Shown: positions 19,473 to 29,304 of the stretch, one piece after another
How positions within the stretch are numbered: position 1 is the first letter of the stretch
How the letters are laid out: every line of letters begins with the position of its first letter
Origin: Dehalococcoidia bacterium
GTDB lineage: Bacteria; Chloroflexota; Dehalococcoidia; SHYM01
Length of the DNA stretch: 64,000 nt
Direction of reading: 5' to 3'
Assembly (NCBI GenBank): GCA_009692805.1
Contig: SHYM01000001.1
Span: forward strand, 2,831-66,830
Notes under the pieces: generated by a model
What the model was told of the DNA's origin: nothing
Seen by the model: only the letters and a program-made list of their open reading frames with translations
Database searches by the model: none
Program-made: the position numbers and the translations under genes

Positions 19473-19859
19473 ATGATACGGACCATGCTGTGGGGCAAGA
19501 TCCACCGGGCGACGGTGACGGAGGCCAACGTCTTTTACCGCGGCAGCATCACCATCGACGAGGTGTTGATGGAAGCGGCCAACATTCTCCCCTTCGAGCA
19601 GGTGCACGTCCTGGACGTCAACAACGGCGCCCGCCTCGAGACCTATGCCATCCCTGCCCCCAGGGGCTCCGGCGTAATCTGCGTCAACGGCGCCGCTGCC
19701 CGCCTGGTGCGGAAGGGCAATGTGGTCATCATCATGTGCTACGCTCAGGTCACTGACGCCGAGGCCCGGAAGGTCCAACCGAACCTGGTGTTCGTGGATG
19801 AGGAGAACCGGCTGCTCGAGGTACGGCACGATGTGCCCGTCGAGGTCCCCCTGCGCTAG
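19473..19859 (+). CDS. panD: aspartate 1-decarboxylase
   Basis: [30 protein letters not shown]... and the GSGVI processing-site region. Confidence 0.9.
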   Translation: MIRTMLWGKIHRATVTEANVFYRGSITIDEVLMEAANILPFEQVHVLDVNNGARLETYAIPAPRGSGVICVNGAAARLVRKGNVVIIMCYAQVTDAEARKVQPNLVFVDEENRLLEVRHDVPVEVPLR

Positions 19860-19895
19860 GGATGCGCGAGAACGGGGGGAGTTAGGAGGGTTGCG

Positions 19896-20768
19896 ATGCC
19901 GCGACTGACCATTCGCGAAGTCCAGGCCATGAAGGAGCGGGGCGAAAAGATCCCCATGCTCACAGCCTACGATTACCCTGTCGCCCGCATGGTGGATGAG
20001 GCGGGAATCCCTCTGGTACTGGTGGGCGATAGCCTGGGCCAGGTGGTGCTGGGCTACGACAGCACCATCCCCGTGACCATGGAGGACATGCTTCACCACA
20101 TCAAAGCGGTGGTGCGAGGCAGCCAGCGGGCGCTGGTGATAGGGGACCTCCCCTTCATGAGCTACCACGCCTCGGCGGAGGACGCCCTGCGCAACTCCGG
20201 GCGCTTCTTGCAAGAAGGCGGCTGTCAGGCGGTGAAGCTGGAGGGTGGCACCTCCGTGGCGCCCACGGTGAAGCGGCTGGTGGAGTGCGGCATCCCCGTC
20301 ATGGGGCACATCGGCCTCACCCCCCAATCGGTCAACCAGCTCGGCGGCTATCGCGTCCAGGGCAAGACACCGGAGGCGGCAGCGCGCCTCCTGGAGGATG
20401 CCCTGGCCCTGGAAGCCGCGGGCGCATTTTGCATAGTCCTGGAGTGCGTGCCGACGCCCCTGGCCGCCCTCATCACCGGGCGTCTCGCCGCGCCCACCAT
20501 CGGCATCGGCGCCGGGGCCGGCTGCGATGGCCAGGTCCAGGTGATCTCCGACATGCTGGGGCTGTTCACCGACTTCGTACCCAAGCACGCCAAGCAGTAC
20601 GCCGTCCTGGCCGACACTATCAAGAGCGCCCTGGCGGCCTATGCGGCCGAGGTGCGCGGCGGCCAGTTCCCCAGCGCCAAGCAGAGCTACACCATGGACG
20701 AGAGCCTGCTGACATCCCTTTACGGACCCAGCCCCCGCATAAAGCTGGTGGGCGAGTCCCAAGGCTAG
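19896..20768 (+). CDS. panB: 3-methyl-2-oxobutanoate hydroxymethyltransferase
   Basis: KIPMLTAYDYPVARMVDEAGIPLVLVGDSLGQVVLGYDST. Confidence 0.9.
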   Translation: MPRLTIREVQAMKERGEKIPMLTAYDYPVARMVDEAGIPLVLVGDSLGQVVLGYDSTIPVTMEDMLHHIKAVVRGSQRALVIGDLPFMSYHASAEDALRNSGRFLQEGGCQAVKLEGGTSVAPTVKRLVECGIPVMGHIGLTPQSVNQLGGYRVQGKTPEAAARLLEDALALEAAGAFCIVLECVPTPLAALITGRLAAPTIGIGAGAGCDGQVQVISDMLGLFTDFVPKHAKQYAVLADTIKSALAAYAAEVRGGQFPSAKQSYTMDESLLTSLYGPSPRIKLVGESQG

Positions 20769-20776
20769 GCTCAAGC

Positions 20777-21613
20777 GTGCGCCGCGCTGACACCATCGCC
20801 AAGCTGCGGCGGGCGCGCGCCCGCATGACGGGCAGCGTGGGACTGGTCCCCACCATGGGCTACCTCCACGCAGGGCACTTGGCCTTGGTCGCTCGCGCGC
20901 GGGCCGAGAACGTTCACGTGGCGGCCAGCATCTTCGTCAATCCGGCCCAGTTCGGCCCCACCGAGGACTATGCCCACTACCCCCGCGACCTGCCCCGAGA
21001 CTTGCGGCTCCTCCGAGGGGCGGGCGTCGACCTGCTCTTTACCCCCGCTGCCGCGGACCTCTACCCCCCTGGCTTCACCACCTGGGTGAACGTGGAGGGG
21101 CTGGATAGCCAGCTAGAGGGGAAGAGCCGCCCGGGGCACTTCCGGGGCGTGGCCACCGTGGTGCTGAAGCTGTTCAACCTGGTGCAGCCCACCCGGGCCT
21201 ACTTCGGGCAGAAGGACGGGCAGCAGGTGGCGGTCCTGAAGCGGATGGCGCAGGACCTGGACTGTCCTGTGAAGCTGGTGCTCGTCCCCACCGTCCGTGA
21301 GGCCGATGGCCTGGCCCTCAGCAGCCGCAACGTCTTTCTGACGCCTCCGCAGCGGGCTGGCGCCGCCGTCCTCTACCGCGCCCTCCAGGAGGCGCGCCGA
21401 CTCTACGCCGCCGGGGAGCGTAGCGGTGAGCGTCTCCGTCAAGCGATGCGCGCCGTGGTCCAGGAGGAGCCCCTGGGCGCCCTGGACTACGCCAGCGTCG
21501 CCGACCTGGCCACCCTACAGGAGCAAGAGACGGTCAGGGGGCCCGTCATGGCCAGTCTGGCCGTGCGGTTCGGGAAGACCCGCCTCATCGACAACATCCT
21601 ACTGGGCGCCTAA
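20777..21613 (+). CDS. panC: pantoate--beta-alanine ligase
   Basis: TIAKLRRA...VGLVPTMGYLHAGHLALV...FVNPAQFGP. A GTG start 9 nt after the panB stop is chosen so the conserved N-terminus is kept. The track ORF is a longer overlapping frame. Confidence 0.8.
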   Translation: MRRADTIAKLRRARARMTGSVGLVPTMGYLHAGHLALVARARAENVHVAASIFVNPAQFGPTEDYAHYPRDLPRDLRLLRGAGVDLLFTPAAADLYPPGFTTWVNVEGLDSQLEGKSRPGHFRGVATVVLKLFNLVQPTRAYFGQKDGQQVAVLKRMAQDLDCPVKLVLVPTVREADGLALSSRNVFLTPPQRAGAAVLYRALQEARRLYAAGERSGERLRQAMRAVVQEEPLGALDYASVADLATLQEQETVRGPVMASLAVRFGKTRLIDNILLGA

Positions 21614-21697
21614 AGCCGCACCCCTGCAAGCTCTACATGCACTTGCACACCACATCCGAGGTGTTACAATGCTGGCAGATAGTGTGTTACCAACTAT

Positions 21698-21997
21698 GTG
21701 CCTAAAGGTATGCACACGATGGCGCGGAGAAAACCTGCAGTAGCACCAGCAACCATACGGCGCAGCGTGGCGCTGCCGCGAAAGCTGGCCGAAGAAGTGA
21801 AGGAACTAGCGCCGCCGGAGTTGCACTACAGTTTCAACCGCCTCGTGGTCACGGCGCTCCACGAGTTCGTGGAGCGCCAGCGAGCACGGGCCTTCGCAGA
21901 GAGCGTGGCCAGGATGGCGAAAGACCCAGCGATCCAGGCCGAATGTGCGGCAATTGCGAGGGACTTCGCGGGCGCTGAGGCGGATGGCTTGAAGTAA
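21698..21997 (+). CDS. RHH (CopG-like) antitoxin
   Basis: TIRRSVALPRKLAEEVKELA beta-strand/helix pattern. Stop is 1 nt before the toxin gene. Confidence 0.5.
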   Translation: MPKGMHTMARRKPAVAPATIRRSVALPRKLAEEVKELAPPELHYSFNRLVVTALHEFVERQRARAFAESVARMAKDPAIQAECAAIARDFAGAEADGLK

Positions 21998-21998
21998 C

Positions 21999-22340
21999 GT
22001 GGTCAACCGCGGCCAGATTTACTTCGTGAACCTAAGCCCAACGCGGGGGCGTGAGCAGGCCGGCCAGAGGCCCGTGCTCGTTATATCGGCAGACGCCATC
22101 AATCGACAGCCCCTGGTGGTCACGGTAGTGGTTGGCACAAAGGCGGAGAAGGTCACCCGCGATTACCCCGTCAACGTACGCGTACTCGCCAGGGAGAGCC
22201 ACCTCCCGTACGATACCGTGTTTCTCTGCTTTCAGATCCGCTCCCTGGACCCGACTCGCTTCGGGCATCTAGCCGGGGATCTCCCACCCGCCCGCATGGC
22301 CGAGATGGATCGGGCGCTCAGATTGGCGCTGGCCCTCTAG
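21999..22340 (+). CDS. mazF: MazF/PemK-family endoribonuclease toxin
   Basis: MVNRGQIYFVNLSPTRGREQAGQRPVLVISADAINRQPLVVTVVVGT. Confidence 0.8.
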   Translation: MVNRGQIYFVNLSPTRGREQAGQRPVLVISADAINRQPLVVTVVVGTKAEKVTRDYPVNVRVLARESHLPYDTVFLCFQIRSLDPTRFGHLAGDLPPARMAEMDRALRLALAL

Positions 22341-22407
22341 CCCGCGCCTGGCAGTCCGGCCCAGCCATGTCTCCGTGGCGCATCCCTGTGCTAGACTGGC
22401 TCTCGCC

Positions 22408-23247
22408 ATGCCACGCAAGCGCAGAATACCCAACCTGCTCCTCACCAACGACGACGGCATCTACTCCGAAGGGCTGTGGGCCCTAGCCCGCGCGCTCCAG
22501 GACCTGGGGCAGGTCACAATCGTGGCGCCGGACCGCGAGCAGAGCGCCACCTCTAGCGCCGTCACCCTGCATCACCCCTTGCGCGCCACCCAGGTCGTAT
22601 CCCAGGTGCCTGGCATCCAGACTTGGGCCGTGGAAGGGACCCCAGCCGACTGCGTGATCCTGGCCCTGGGCGCGCTGGCAGAGGGGCCGGTGGACCTGGT
22701 GGTGGCGGGCCTGAATAACGGCGGCAACATGGGGAACGATACCCTCCTGTCCGGCACGGTCGCCGGGGCGCTCCAGGGCCACTTTCGCCAGATCCCAGCC
22801 CTTGCCATCTCGATGACGGCGGTACGCCGGGTGCGCTACGAATCGGGCGCGGCCGTAGGGCGCGCCCTGGCCAAGCAGGTCCTGGCAGGCCGGCTGCCCA
22901 AGGACATCCTGCTGAACGTCAACGTGCCCAACCGCTCGCTGCGGGCGATCCAGGGGTTTCAGGTCACCAGACTGGCGACGCGCAACTACATTGACGTGCT
23001 GCGCCAGGGCCACGACAGCAGGCGGCGTTACTTCTGGATCCGGCGGGGGAAGCCGGATTGGGACGAGCTGGAGGGGACCGACATCTGGGCCATCCGCCAC
23101 AAGTTGGTCTCCGTTACCCCCCTCTCCGCCGACCTCTCCAATACCTCGCGCGCCTCCTTGGCGCAAGGAGTCTCCCTGGCCGCCGCCGCCGAGGTCTGGC
23201 CGCGGCGCGACCCCGCCAGGCTGGGGAGCCATCTGGTAGCGTCCTGA
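22408..23247 (+). CDS. surE: 5'/3'-nucleotidase SurE
   Basis: LLLTNDDGIYSEGLWALARAL...VTIVAPDREQSATS. The track ORF starts at 22375 (GTG); the ATG 11 codons in is used here. Confidence 0.85.
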   Translation: MPRKRRIPNLLLTNDDGIYSEGLWALARALQDLGQVTIVAPDREQSATSSAVTLHHPLRATQVVSQVPGIQTWAVEGTPADCVILALGALAEGPVDLVVAGLNNGGNMGNDTLLSGTVAGALQGHFRQIPALAISMTAVRRVRYESGAAVGRALAKQVLAGRLPKDILLNVNVPNRSLRAIQGFQVTRLATRNYIDVLRQGHDSRRRYFWIRRGKPDWDELEGTDIWAIRHKLVSVTPLSADLSNTSRASLAQGVSLAAAAEVWPRRDPARLGSHLVAS

Positions 23248-23603
23248 GCCAGGCCCGCGCGCGGCGGGCCCCATTTATGGCTCAAGACATTCAGGAGTGA
23301 GGCTCGGCAGGTCCTATCGGCAGACTTTTCCAAAGACTGCTCGCCCCGGGCGCCTCCGCGCTGACTACGCACGGAAATTTGGGCTACAATCAGGGCCAAC
23401 CGCTGATGTTCTTCATGCACGGCACCGGATTTACCTGACGAGCCGCAACGCCACTCCGGGACTGAGTGGGCGGCGGGTTTCCGTTTGCTTCTTTCTCCCC
23501 CCTGGACTTCCCTGCAAACTACCTCTGTGGCTGCTGTCCCTGCTCGGACCGGTGTGGGTAGGCCGATTCATGTCGATGTCGGTTTGCCTTCGAGGGAGCA
23601 GCA

Positions 23604-24053
23604 ATGGAAGAAACCAGGTGGACCCTTCGGGTGCGTGCGGGCAGCAAAGGCCCCAGCACCATCTATGTGCGCCGCCGCCAGTTCCAGGCCGGTGAGCCTC
23701 TCCATTTCGACCCTGAATACGCCCACGCCACCGCTGTCGAATACCTCCTGGCCGCTATCGGCGCCGACTTGGTAGGCGGCCTCCAGGTAATCGCCCGAAG
23801 GCAGAGCCTCCAGATGAACCAAGTTGAGGCCGTGGTATCCGGCAAGCTGAACAATCCCCTGACCTACCTGGGTGTCGTAGGCGAAGAGGGACACCCGGGC
23901 TTGGAGCAGGTGGCCGTAACGGTGTACGTCAGCTCTGCGGAGTCAGAGGCCAGGATACGACAGGCTTGGGATGAGATGCTGAAAAGGTCGCCGCTGGTAA
24001 ACACTCTGAAACCCACCGTCCGGCTGGACCTGACAGTGAAGCTGGTTATCTAA
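23604..24053 (+). CDS. OsmC/Ohr family protein
   Basis: Size and OsmC-like pattern (…AHATAVEYLLAAIGADLVGGLQV…), with a GAGGGAG RBS. Confidence 0.7.
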   Translation: MEETRWTLRVRAGSKGPSTIYVRRRQFQAGEPLHFDPEYAHATAVEYLLAAIGADLVGGLQVIARRQSLQMNQVEAVVSGKLNNPLTYLGVVGEEGHPGLEQVAVTVYVSSAESEARIRQAWDEMLKRSPLVNTLKPTVRLDLTVKLVI

Positions 24054-24076
24054 CACAACGGGAAGGAGTACACAGC

Positions 24077-25228
24077 GTGTACCGCCTCAATGCTCAGCAG
24101 CAGGCAATTGTCGGCAGAGTCCGTGAGATTGCAGAGAGGGTGATTGGCCCTAACGCCGAACGGGCGGACGTAGAGTCCCGATATCCACAGGAATCCATGG
24201 ACGCCCTGGCCCGGGGAGGTTTCCTGGGCCTCCTGGTTTCCCGGGAGTACGGCGGCATGGGCCAGGGTATTCGGGTCATGGCCGCGGCGCTGGACGAGAT
24301 CGCCCAGCGATGTGCGTCCACGGCCATGTGCTATAAGATGCACCTCTCTGGCGTGGCGGCCTATGTCGCGTCCGCGAACCCCATGCCAGACCTGCTCCGC
24401 GCTGTAGCTCGCGGCGAGCACGTGAGCACCCTGGCCTGGAGTGAGTTCGCCTCTCGTTCCCACTTCTGGGTGCCCGTCAGCCAGGAGGTGCGCCGGAACG
24501 GGAACGTGGTGCTCAGCGCCTCCAAGTCTTTCGTGACCGGTGCAGGCCGGGCCGACGGCTACGTGGTCACCACCCGCTGGGAGAATGCTCAAAAGCCCCT
24601 GGATAGCATGCTCTACTACGTAAGCAAGGACGACCCTGGTATCCGCGTGGCGGGTCCCTGGGACGCGCTGGGCATGCGGGGTAGCATCAGCAGTCCCATG
24701 GTATTGGAGAACGTAACTATTCCTGCCGACCGCGCCTTGTCAGGGGAGGGCAAGGGGCTGGACATGCAGCTCAACGTGGTCCTGCCCGTCTTCAACATCG
24801 GCAACGCCGCCATCTCCATCGGCATCTGCGAGGCCGCCATTCAGACCACCACGCGACACCTTACGACAAACAGGTTCCAGTACACGGACTCCTCCCTGGC
24901 AGACCTGCCCAACGAGCGGGCACGCCTGGCCCAGATGCGCATCGAGACAGACAAGGCACGCGCCCACCTGGCGGCGGTCCTGGACGCGGTGGAGAGCCCC
25001 GGTCCAACGACCATGTTAATGGTGCTGGAGTCCAAGGCAGCCGCCGCCGAGACGGCTATTCACGTGACGGACATCGCGCTGAAAGCGGCGGGGGGCACGG
25101 GCTTCACGCGCCGCCTGGGCCTGGAGCGCAACTTCCGCGACGCCCGCGCCGCCTATGTCATGGGTCCCACCAGCGACGCCATTCATGAGTTCATCGGCCG
25201 CGCTCTCTGCGGGATGGAGGTGTTCTGA
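24077..25228 (+). CDS. acyl-CoA dehydrogenase family protein
   Basis: ACAD N-terminal helical domain (…ERADVESRYPQESMDALARGGFLGLLVSREYGG…), a middle beta domain and a C-terminal helical domain. GGAAGGAG RBS with a GTG start. Confidence 0.8.
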   Translation: MYRLNAQQQAIVGRVREIAERVIGPNAERADVESRYPQESMDALARGGFLGLLVSREYGGMGQGIRVMAAALDEIAQRCASTAMCYKMHLSGVAAYVASANPMPDLLRAVARGEHVSTLAWSEFASRSHFWVPVSQEVRRNGNVVLSASKSFVTGAGRADGYVVTTRWENAQKPLDSMLYYVSKDDPGIRVAGPWDALGMRGSISSPMVLENVTIPADRALSGEGKGLDMQLNVVLPVFNIGNAAISIGICEAAIQTTTRHLTTNRFQYTDSSLADLPNERARLAQMRIETDKARAHLAAVLDAVESPGPTTMLMVLESKAAAAETAIHVTDIALKAAGGTGFTRRLGLERNFRDARAAYVMGPTSDAIHEFIGRALCGMEVF

Positions 25229-26046
25229 TGCCCAGACCGCTGGTGGTAGGCGCCGTTCTTTACGACCCCAAGGTCGCCACTATCTGGGACATCATGGGCG
25301 AGTTCTTCGCCCAGCAGGGGTGTCCTATCAACGTGGTCTTCTACTCCAACTACGGCCTCCAGGTCGAGGCGCTGCTCAACAAGCACATAGACATCGCCTG
25401 GAACTCTCCCCTGGCCTGGCTGGACGCCCAGCACCGCTCCGGAGGCCAGTGCCGGGCCATCGCCATGCGCGACACTGACAGGAACAGGGTCTCCCACCTC
25501 GTCGTGAAGCAAGCCAGCGATATCGTGACCCTTGAGCACCTCCGTGGCAAGACGCTGGCCGTCGGCGCCAAGGACTCTCCCCAGGCTACTCTCATCCCCC
25601 TGGGCTTTCTGCAACGTCATGGCCTGCGGCCTGAGATCGACCTCCAGGTCAGGAGGTTTGACCTACTGGTGGGCAAGCACGGCGACCACGTGGGGGGCGA
25701 GTTGGAGGCCTTTCGGTGCCTGGAGCGCGGCGAGGCTGACGCCTCTGCGATGCTGGACCTGAACTGGGACCGGTGGGCCGGCGATGGCACCATCAGCCCC
25801 GCGGAGTATCGCATCTTGGCCAGCACGGGAAGCTTCGACCACTGCGTCTTCACCGTCCGGGAGGACTTCCCCCGCGACCTTGAAGAGGAGTGGCTCAAGG
25901 CGCTTTTCTCCATGAGGTACGACGACCCCAGACACCGGGAGATGATGGATATGGAAGGCCTCAAGCAGTGGCTACCGGGCCGCACCACGGGCTTCGGGCC
26001 GCTGGGCTACGCTGTGGAGCAACTGGGGTTCTTCCAGGGAAGGTGA
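25228..26046 (+). CDS. PhnD/SsuA-like periplasmic-binding-fold protein with no signal peptide
   Basis: LRGKTLAVGAKDSPQATLIPLGFL resembles phosphonate-type SBPs, but the N-terminus has no signal sequence. Start overlaps the upstream stop (TGATG). Confidence 0.5.
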   Translation: MPRPLVVGAVLYDPKVATIWDIMGEFFAQQGCPINVVFYSNYGLQVEALLNKHIDIAWNSPLAWLDAQHRSGGQCRAIAMRDTDRNRVSHLVVKQASDIVTLEHLRGKTLAVGAKDSPQATLIPLGFLQRHGLRPEIDLQVRRFDLLVGKHGDHVGGELEAFRCLERGEADASAMLDLNWDRWAGDGTISPAEYRILASTGSFDHCVFTVREDFPRDLEEEWLKALFSMRYDDPRHREMMDMEGLKQWLPGRTTGFGPLGYAVEQLGFFQGR

Positions 26047-26049
26047 ACT

Positions 26050-27192
26050 ATGGGGGTGCTGCCGCTGTTTCCTGTAACAACGGTGGGGAGCTGGCCCAGG
26101 CCCCCTGAGCTCCTGCGCGCCCAGCGGATGAAGCGGTTGGATCAGATGGGCGAGGAGGAGTTCACTCAGATGGCCGACCTGGCCGTGCTGGAGGTGCTGC
26201 GCCTTCAGGAAGAGGCCGGGGTGGACGTAGTTACGGATGGAGAGCAGCGCCGTGACAACTTCTATTCCTTCGTCGCCGAGAAGCTAGACGGTGTCGTCCT
26301 GATGACCCTGGCCGAGATGTTGAACATTGTCGAGGACAAGGCTGGCTTCGAGCGAATCCTACAGACACTGGACGTGCCGGCCTATGCCATCAGCAATGCT
26401 GTTTGTCGCGACAGGATCCAACGGCGCCGCCCTGTGGCCGTTGACGACTTCCTGTTCCTCAAGCGTCACACCGATAAACCCGTCAAAGTGACCCTCCCCG
26501 GGCCATACCTGCTCACCCGGTCCATGTACGTCCCAGCGGTGACCAAGGAAGCCTACCCAACCAAAGAGGACCTCGGCGAAGACGTGGTCCGGGTGCTACG
26601 GGCAGAGCTGAACGACTTGGTGAAGGCCGGAGCCGACTTCATTCAGTTCGATGAGCCAGTACTGACCGAGGTGGTCTTTGCCCAGGGCCATCCTCGAACC
26701 TTCATGTGCGCCGCGCTGGCAGCCCGTGGGGACCCGACGGAAGAGCTCGACTTCGCCGCATATCTGCTGAACAAGGTTATCCAGGGGACCGACAGCGTCC
26801 GTATAGGGCTGCATATCTGCCGTGGCAACTGGAGCGAAAATGAAGCGACTTTATTGCGCGGCAGCTATCACCCCTTGCTCAAGTACCTAGAGCGGCTGCA
26901 TGTGCGACAACTGGTGCTGGAATACGCCACCGAGCGGGCAGGCGACCTTCTTGTCTTCGGTGACATGGAGTTGGGGCTCGGTGTCGTGAACCCACGGTCC
27001 CAGACTATTGAATCGCCCGAGCAGGTCAAACGATCCATCGAGCTGGCATTGCGACTCTATCCGGCTGACAAGCTCTGGCTGAACCCGGATTGTGGTTTCG
27101 GGACGTTTTCCAACCGTCCTGTCAACACCCCAGAAGTCGCGTTTCGTAAGCTCAAAGCTATAGCGCAGGCTGCGGCCACTTACCGGGGTTAG
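26050..27192 (+). CDS. cobalamin-independent methionine synthase (MetE C-terminal-domain family, UROD/MetE-like) protein
   Basis: TTVGSWPRP...GEQRRDNFYSFV and a C-terminal PDCGFG (Zn-site region). Confidence 0.65.
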   Translation: MGVLPLFPVTTVGSWPRPPELLRAQRMKRLDQMGEEEFTQMADLAVLEVLRLQEEAGVDVVTDGEQRRDNFYSFVAEKLDGVVLMTLAEMLNIVEDKAGFERILQTLDVPAYAISNAVCRDRIQRRRPVAVDDFLFLKRHTDKPVKVTLPGPYLLTRSMYVPAVTKEAYPTKEDLGEDVVRVLRAELNDLVKAGADFIQFDEPVLTEVVFAQGHPRTFMCAALAARGDPTEELDFAAYLLNKVIQGTDSVRIGLHICRGNWSENEATLLRGSYHPLLKYLERLHVRQLVLEYATERAGDLLVFGDMELGLGVVNPRSQTIESPEQVKRSIELALRLYPADKLWLNPDCGFGTFSNRPVNTPEVAFRKLKAIAQAAATYRG

Positions 27193-27207
27193 AGCTGCAA
27201 ATACCCG

Positions 27208-27471
27208 TTACTCTATAGCGTCGCGGGCGGCCCTAATCTCTGTCAACCGCTGCCAGAGTCTGCTCCACACCGCCTGGCGCTCGGCTTTGGTGAGCTCGCG
27301 GCCAAGGTGACGCCGGCAGGCTAGTACCGCCTTGCCGGCCAGGTAGCCCCAGCTCTTGGGCGTGTCATTTAGCCACTTCTCGACCACGTCCGGGTTGGTC
27401 TCAATGGTCTCGGCGACCACGTGTTCCACACCGTCGTATGTGGAGTCTGCTCCAGCTTCGCGCAGGCGCAC
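27208..27471 (-). CDS. GatB/YqeY-domain small protein
   Basis: ...VVEKWLNDTPKSWGYLAGKAVLACRRHLGRE... resembles the GatB_Yqey C-terminal domain. Confidence 0.45.
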   Translation of the reverse strand: MRLREAGADSTYDGVEHVVAETIETNPDVVEKWLNDTPKSWGYLAGKAVLACRRHLGRELTKAERQAVWSRLWQRLTEIRAARDAIE

Positions 27472-27486
27472 CGTCGGGCGCCTGGC

Positions 27487-28317
27487 CTACTTGATCTCGT
27501 AGACGAGATGCACCGAGACCCTCACTTGGAGCTCGCCCGGGCTGATGGGGGTACTGGCCTCGGCGGCGGCCAGGCCGACGCGGAACGAGACGGGCTGGGG
27601 CGGCTCGACGCCCCCGGCCTCGGAGAGGAACAGCACCTTGCCCAGGGTGATGCCGGCGTCCGTCGCCATCTGCCTGGCCTTGGCGAGGGCTTGCCTGACG
27701 GCCTCGCTGCGGGCTTGGTCCCGCTGGGGCGCTGGGTTCTCCAAGGTGAAGCTGATGCCTTTGACTCGGGCCAGCTCGCCCGCGGCGGCCGCGGCGTCGT
27801 CGATGATGGGGCCCGCGTCTTTCAGGTTGCGCAGCTTGATGGTGACCAGGTTCTGCGCCCGGTACCCCACCAGCACCTGCTGGCGCTGCCGGTCGTCGTA
27901 GCGGTATTCGGGCGCGATGCTGAACTGGCTGGTGCGGATGTCCCTGTCGGCCACCCCCCGCGCCTTCAGCGCCTGGAAGAGACGCTCCATCGCGCCGGCC
28001 GCCTCGCCGCGGGCCCTGGCCACCGTCGACTCCTGGGCCTCCACGCCCACCGTCAGGATGGCGATATCCGGCGTGACATCGACTATCCCCTCTCCTGTCA
28101 CCCAGAGGCCCTTCTGCTGGCCACCGTCCTGAGATGTGATGGCGGCGGACAGCATCGCAAGCTCGCCGCTGGCGACGCCAGCGCTACCACTCGCTGGAGA
28201 AGACGCCGCCGGAGCGCCTCCGTCGCAAGCCGCAAACAGCGTAGCCAGTAGGGCCAACGTAGCGCCCAGCGCTATCATCCTGGGTTTGCCCTGAAACATC
28301 TTATCTGCCTCGTCCAC
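27487..28317 (-). CDS. SIMPL-domain (DUF541) lipoprotein
   Basis: Signal peptide plus lipobox (LFAAC), with a SIMPL-like body. Confidence 0.7.
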   Translation of the reverse strand: MDEADKMFQGKPRMIALGATLALLATLFAACDGGAPAASSPASGSAGVASGELAMLSAAITSQDGGQQKGLWVTGEGIVDVTPDIAILTVGVEAQESTVARARGEAAGAMERLFQALKARGVADRDIRTSQFSIAPEYRYDDRQRQQVLVGYRAQNLVTIKLRNLKDAGPIIDDAAAAAGELARVKGISFTLENPAPQRDQARSEAVRQALAKARQMATDAGITLGKVLFLSEAGGVEPPQPVSFRVGLAAAEASTPISPGELQVRVSVHLVYEIK

Positions 28318-28488
28318 TGCTCTCTTGCCCTGGCGTTATTCAGGACGCCCGCTCTCGGTATGCTCTTGCAGCGAGGGTAACGCCGATTGGGGCGGCCCGT
28401 CAGGCGCTAAACCTGAGGATGCGTGGGCATCCCCATTCTAGCAGCGGTTTGTTCTCCTGCGTGGCGGGCCACTATAATACCTCCGACC

Positions 28489-29085
28489 ATGATCAAAACC
28501 GCGCTCCGCGAAACCCTGGAGGTCCTGTTTCTAGCGGCTCTGGTGTTCTTCGGCGCCAGGGCGCTCCTGGATAACTTCATTGTGACAGGCCCCAGCATGC
28601 AGCCCACTTTGCACACCGGTCAATGGGTGGCGATCAACAAGGTGGCCTACCTGCGCTCCTCCTGGATGGAGAGGTTAAACCCCTTGCGTCAGCCCGCAGC
28701 CGGCCACTACGTATTCCACCCGCCGCGGCGAGGAGAAATCGTGGTCCTGCAACCTCCCGTGGCCAGCACCAACCTCTTCATCAAACGGGTCATCGGCGAG
28801 CCAGGGGATAGCGTAGAGGTGCGCCGGGGGCAAGTCCTGGTCAACGGGAGTGCTCTGGTCGAGCCCTACCTGCGCGAGCCAGCCCGGCAGGACTACCCAC
28901 GGCAGGTGGTGCCCGGCGGGCACTTCTTCGTGCTGGGAGACAACCGCAACCAGAGCGAGGACTCGAGGTTCTTCGGGATGGTGCCCGCCGGGAACATCGT
29001 GGGCAAGGCCTGGGTTAAGTACTGGCCCCCCAGCGAGTGGGGCCTGGTGTATAACGTGGCGGTGGCCGCGGGCCCGGCCCCCTAG
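28489..29085 (+). CDS. lepB: signal peptidase I
   Basis: VTGPSMQPTL (catalytic Ser box)...GDNRNQSEDSRFFG (box E). Start placed at MIKTAL. TATAAT lies 12 nt upstream of the ATG. Confidence 0.85.
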   Translation: MIKTALRETLEVLFLAALVFFGARALLDNFIVTGPSMQPTLHTGQWVAINKVAYLRSSWMERLNPLRQPAAGHYVFHPPRRGEIVVLQPPVASTNLFIKRVIGEPGDSVEVRRGQVLVNGSALVEPYLREPARQDYPRQVVPGGHFFVLGDNRNQSEDSRFFGMVPAGNIVGKAWVKYWPPSEWGLVYNVAVAAGPAP

Positions 29086-29114
29086 CAGACTGTTACAATA
29101 GCCATTGCCTCCAC

Positions 29115-29190
29115 GGGCCGGTAGCTCAGCTGGCGGAGCAGCTGCCTTTTAAGCAGCGGGTCGTGGGTTCGAATCCCACCCGGCTCACCA
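29115..29190 (+). tRNA. tRNA-Lys (TTT)
   Basis: GGGCCGG acceptor, anticodon loop CTTTTAA, GGTTCGAATCC T-arm, genomic CCA. Coordinates +/-1. Confidence 0.85.
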
Positions 29191-29304
29191 ATCCCCCCCA
29201 CCACCGCCCTGAGTTGTTGTCCTCTGGCTCATGGCTTGGTCTCACCTTGACAGCCTCCTGTCTGGTCCTTACACTGGTCGTGGACAGACCGGTCGGTCTA
29301 GAGA

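Noticed and set aside
19449-20774. 441-aa minus-strand ORF opposite panD/panB
   Set aside because: It is antisense to highly conserved panD and panB.
20285-20776. Long upstream extension of the panC ORF (442 aa) overlapping panB in another frame
   Set aside because: This frame overlaps the conserved panB coding sequence. The PanC homology begins at the GTG at 20777, right after the panB stop.
22483-23274. 263-aa minus-strand ORF opposite surE
   Set aside because: It is antisense to SurE, with no motifs.
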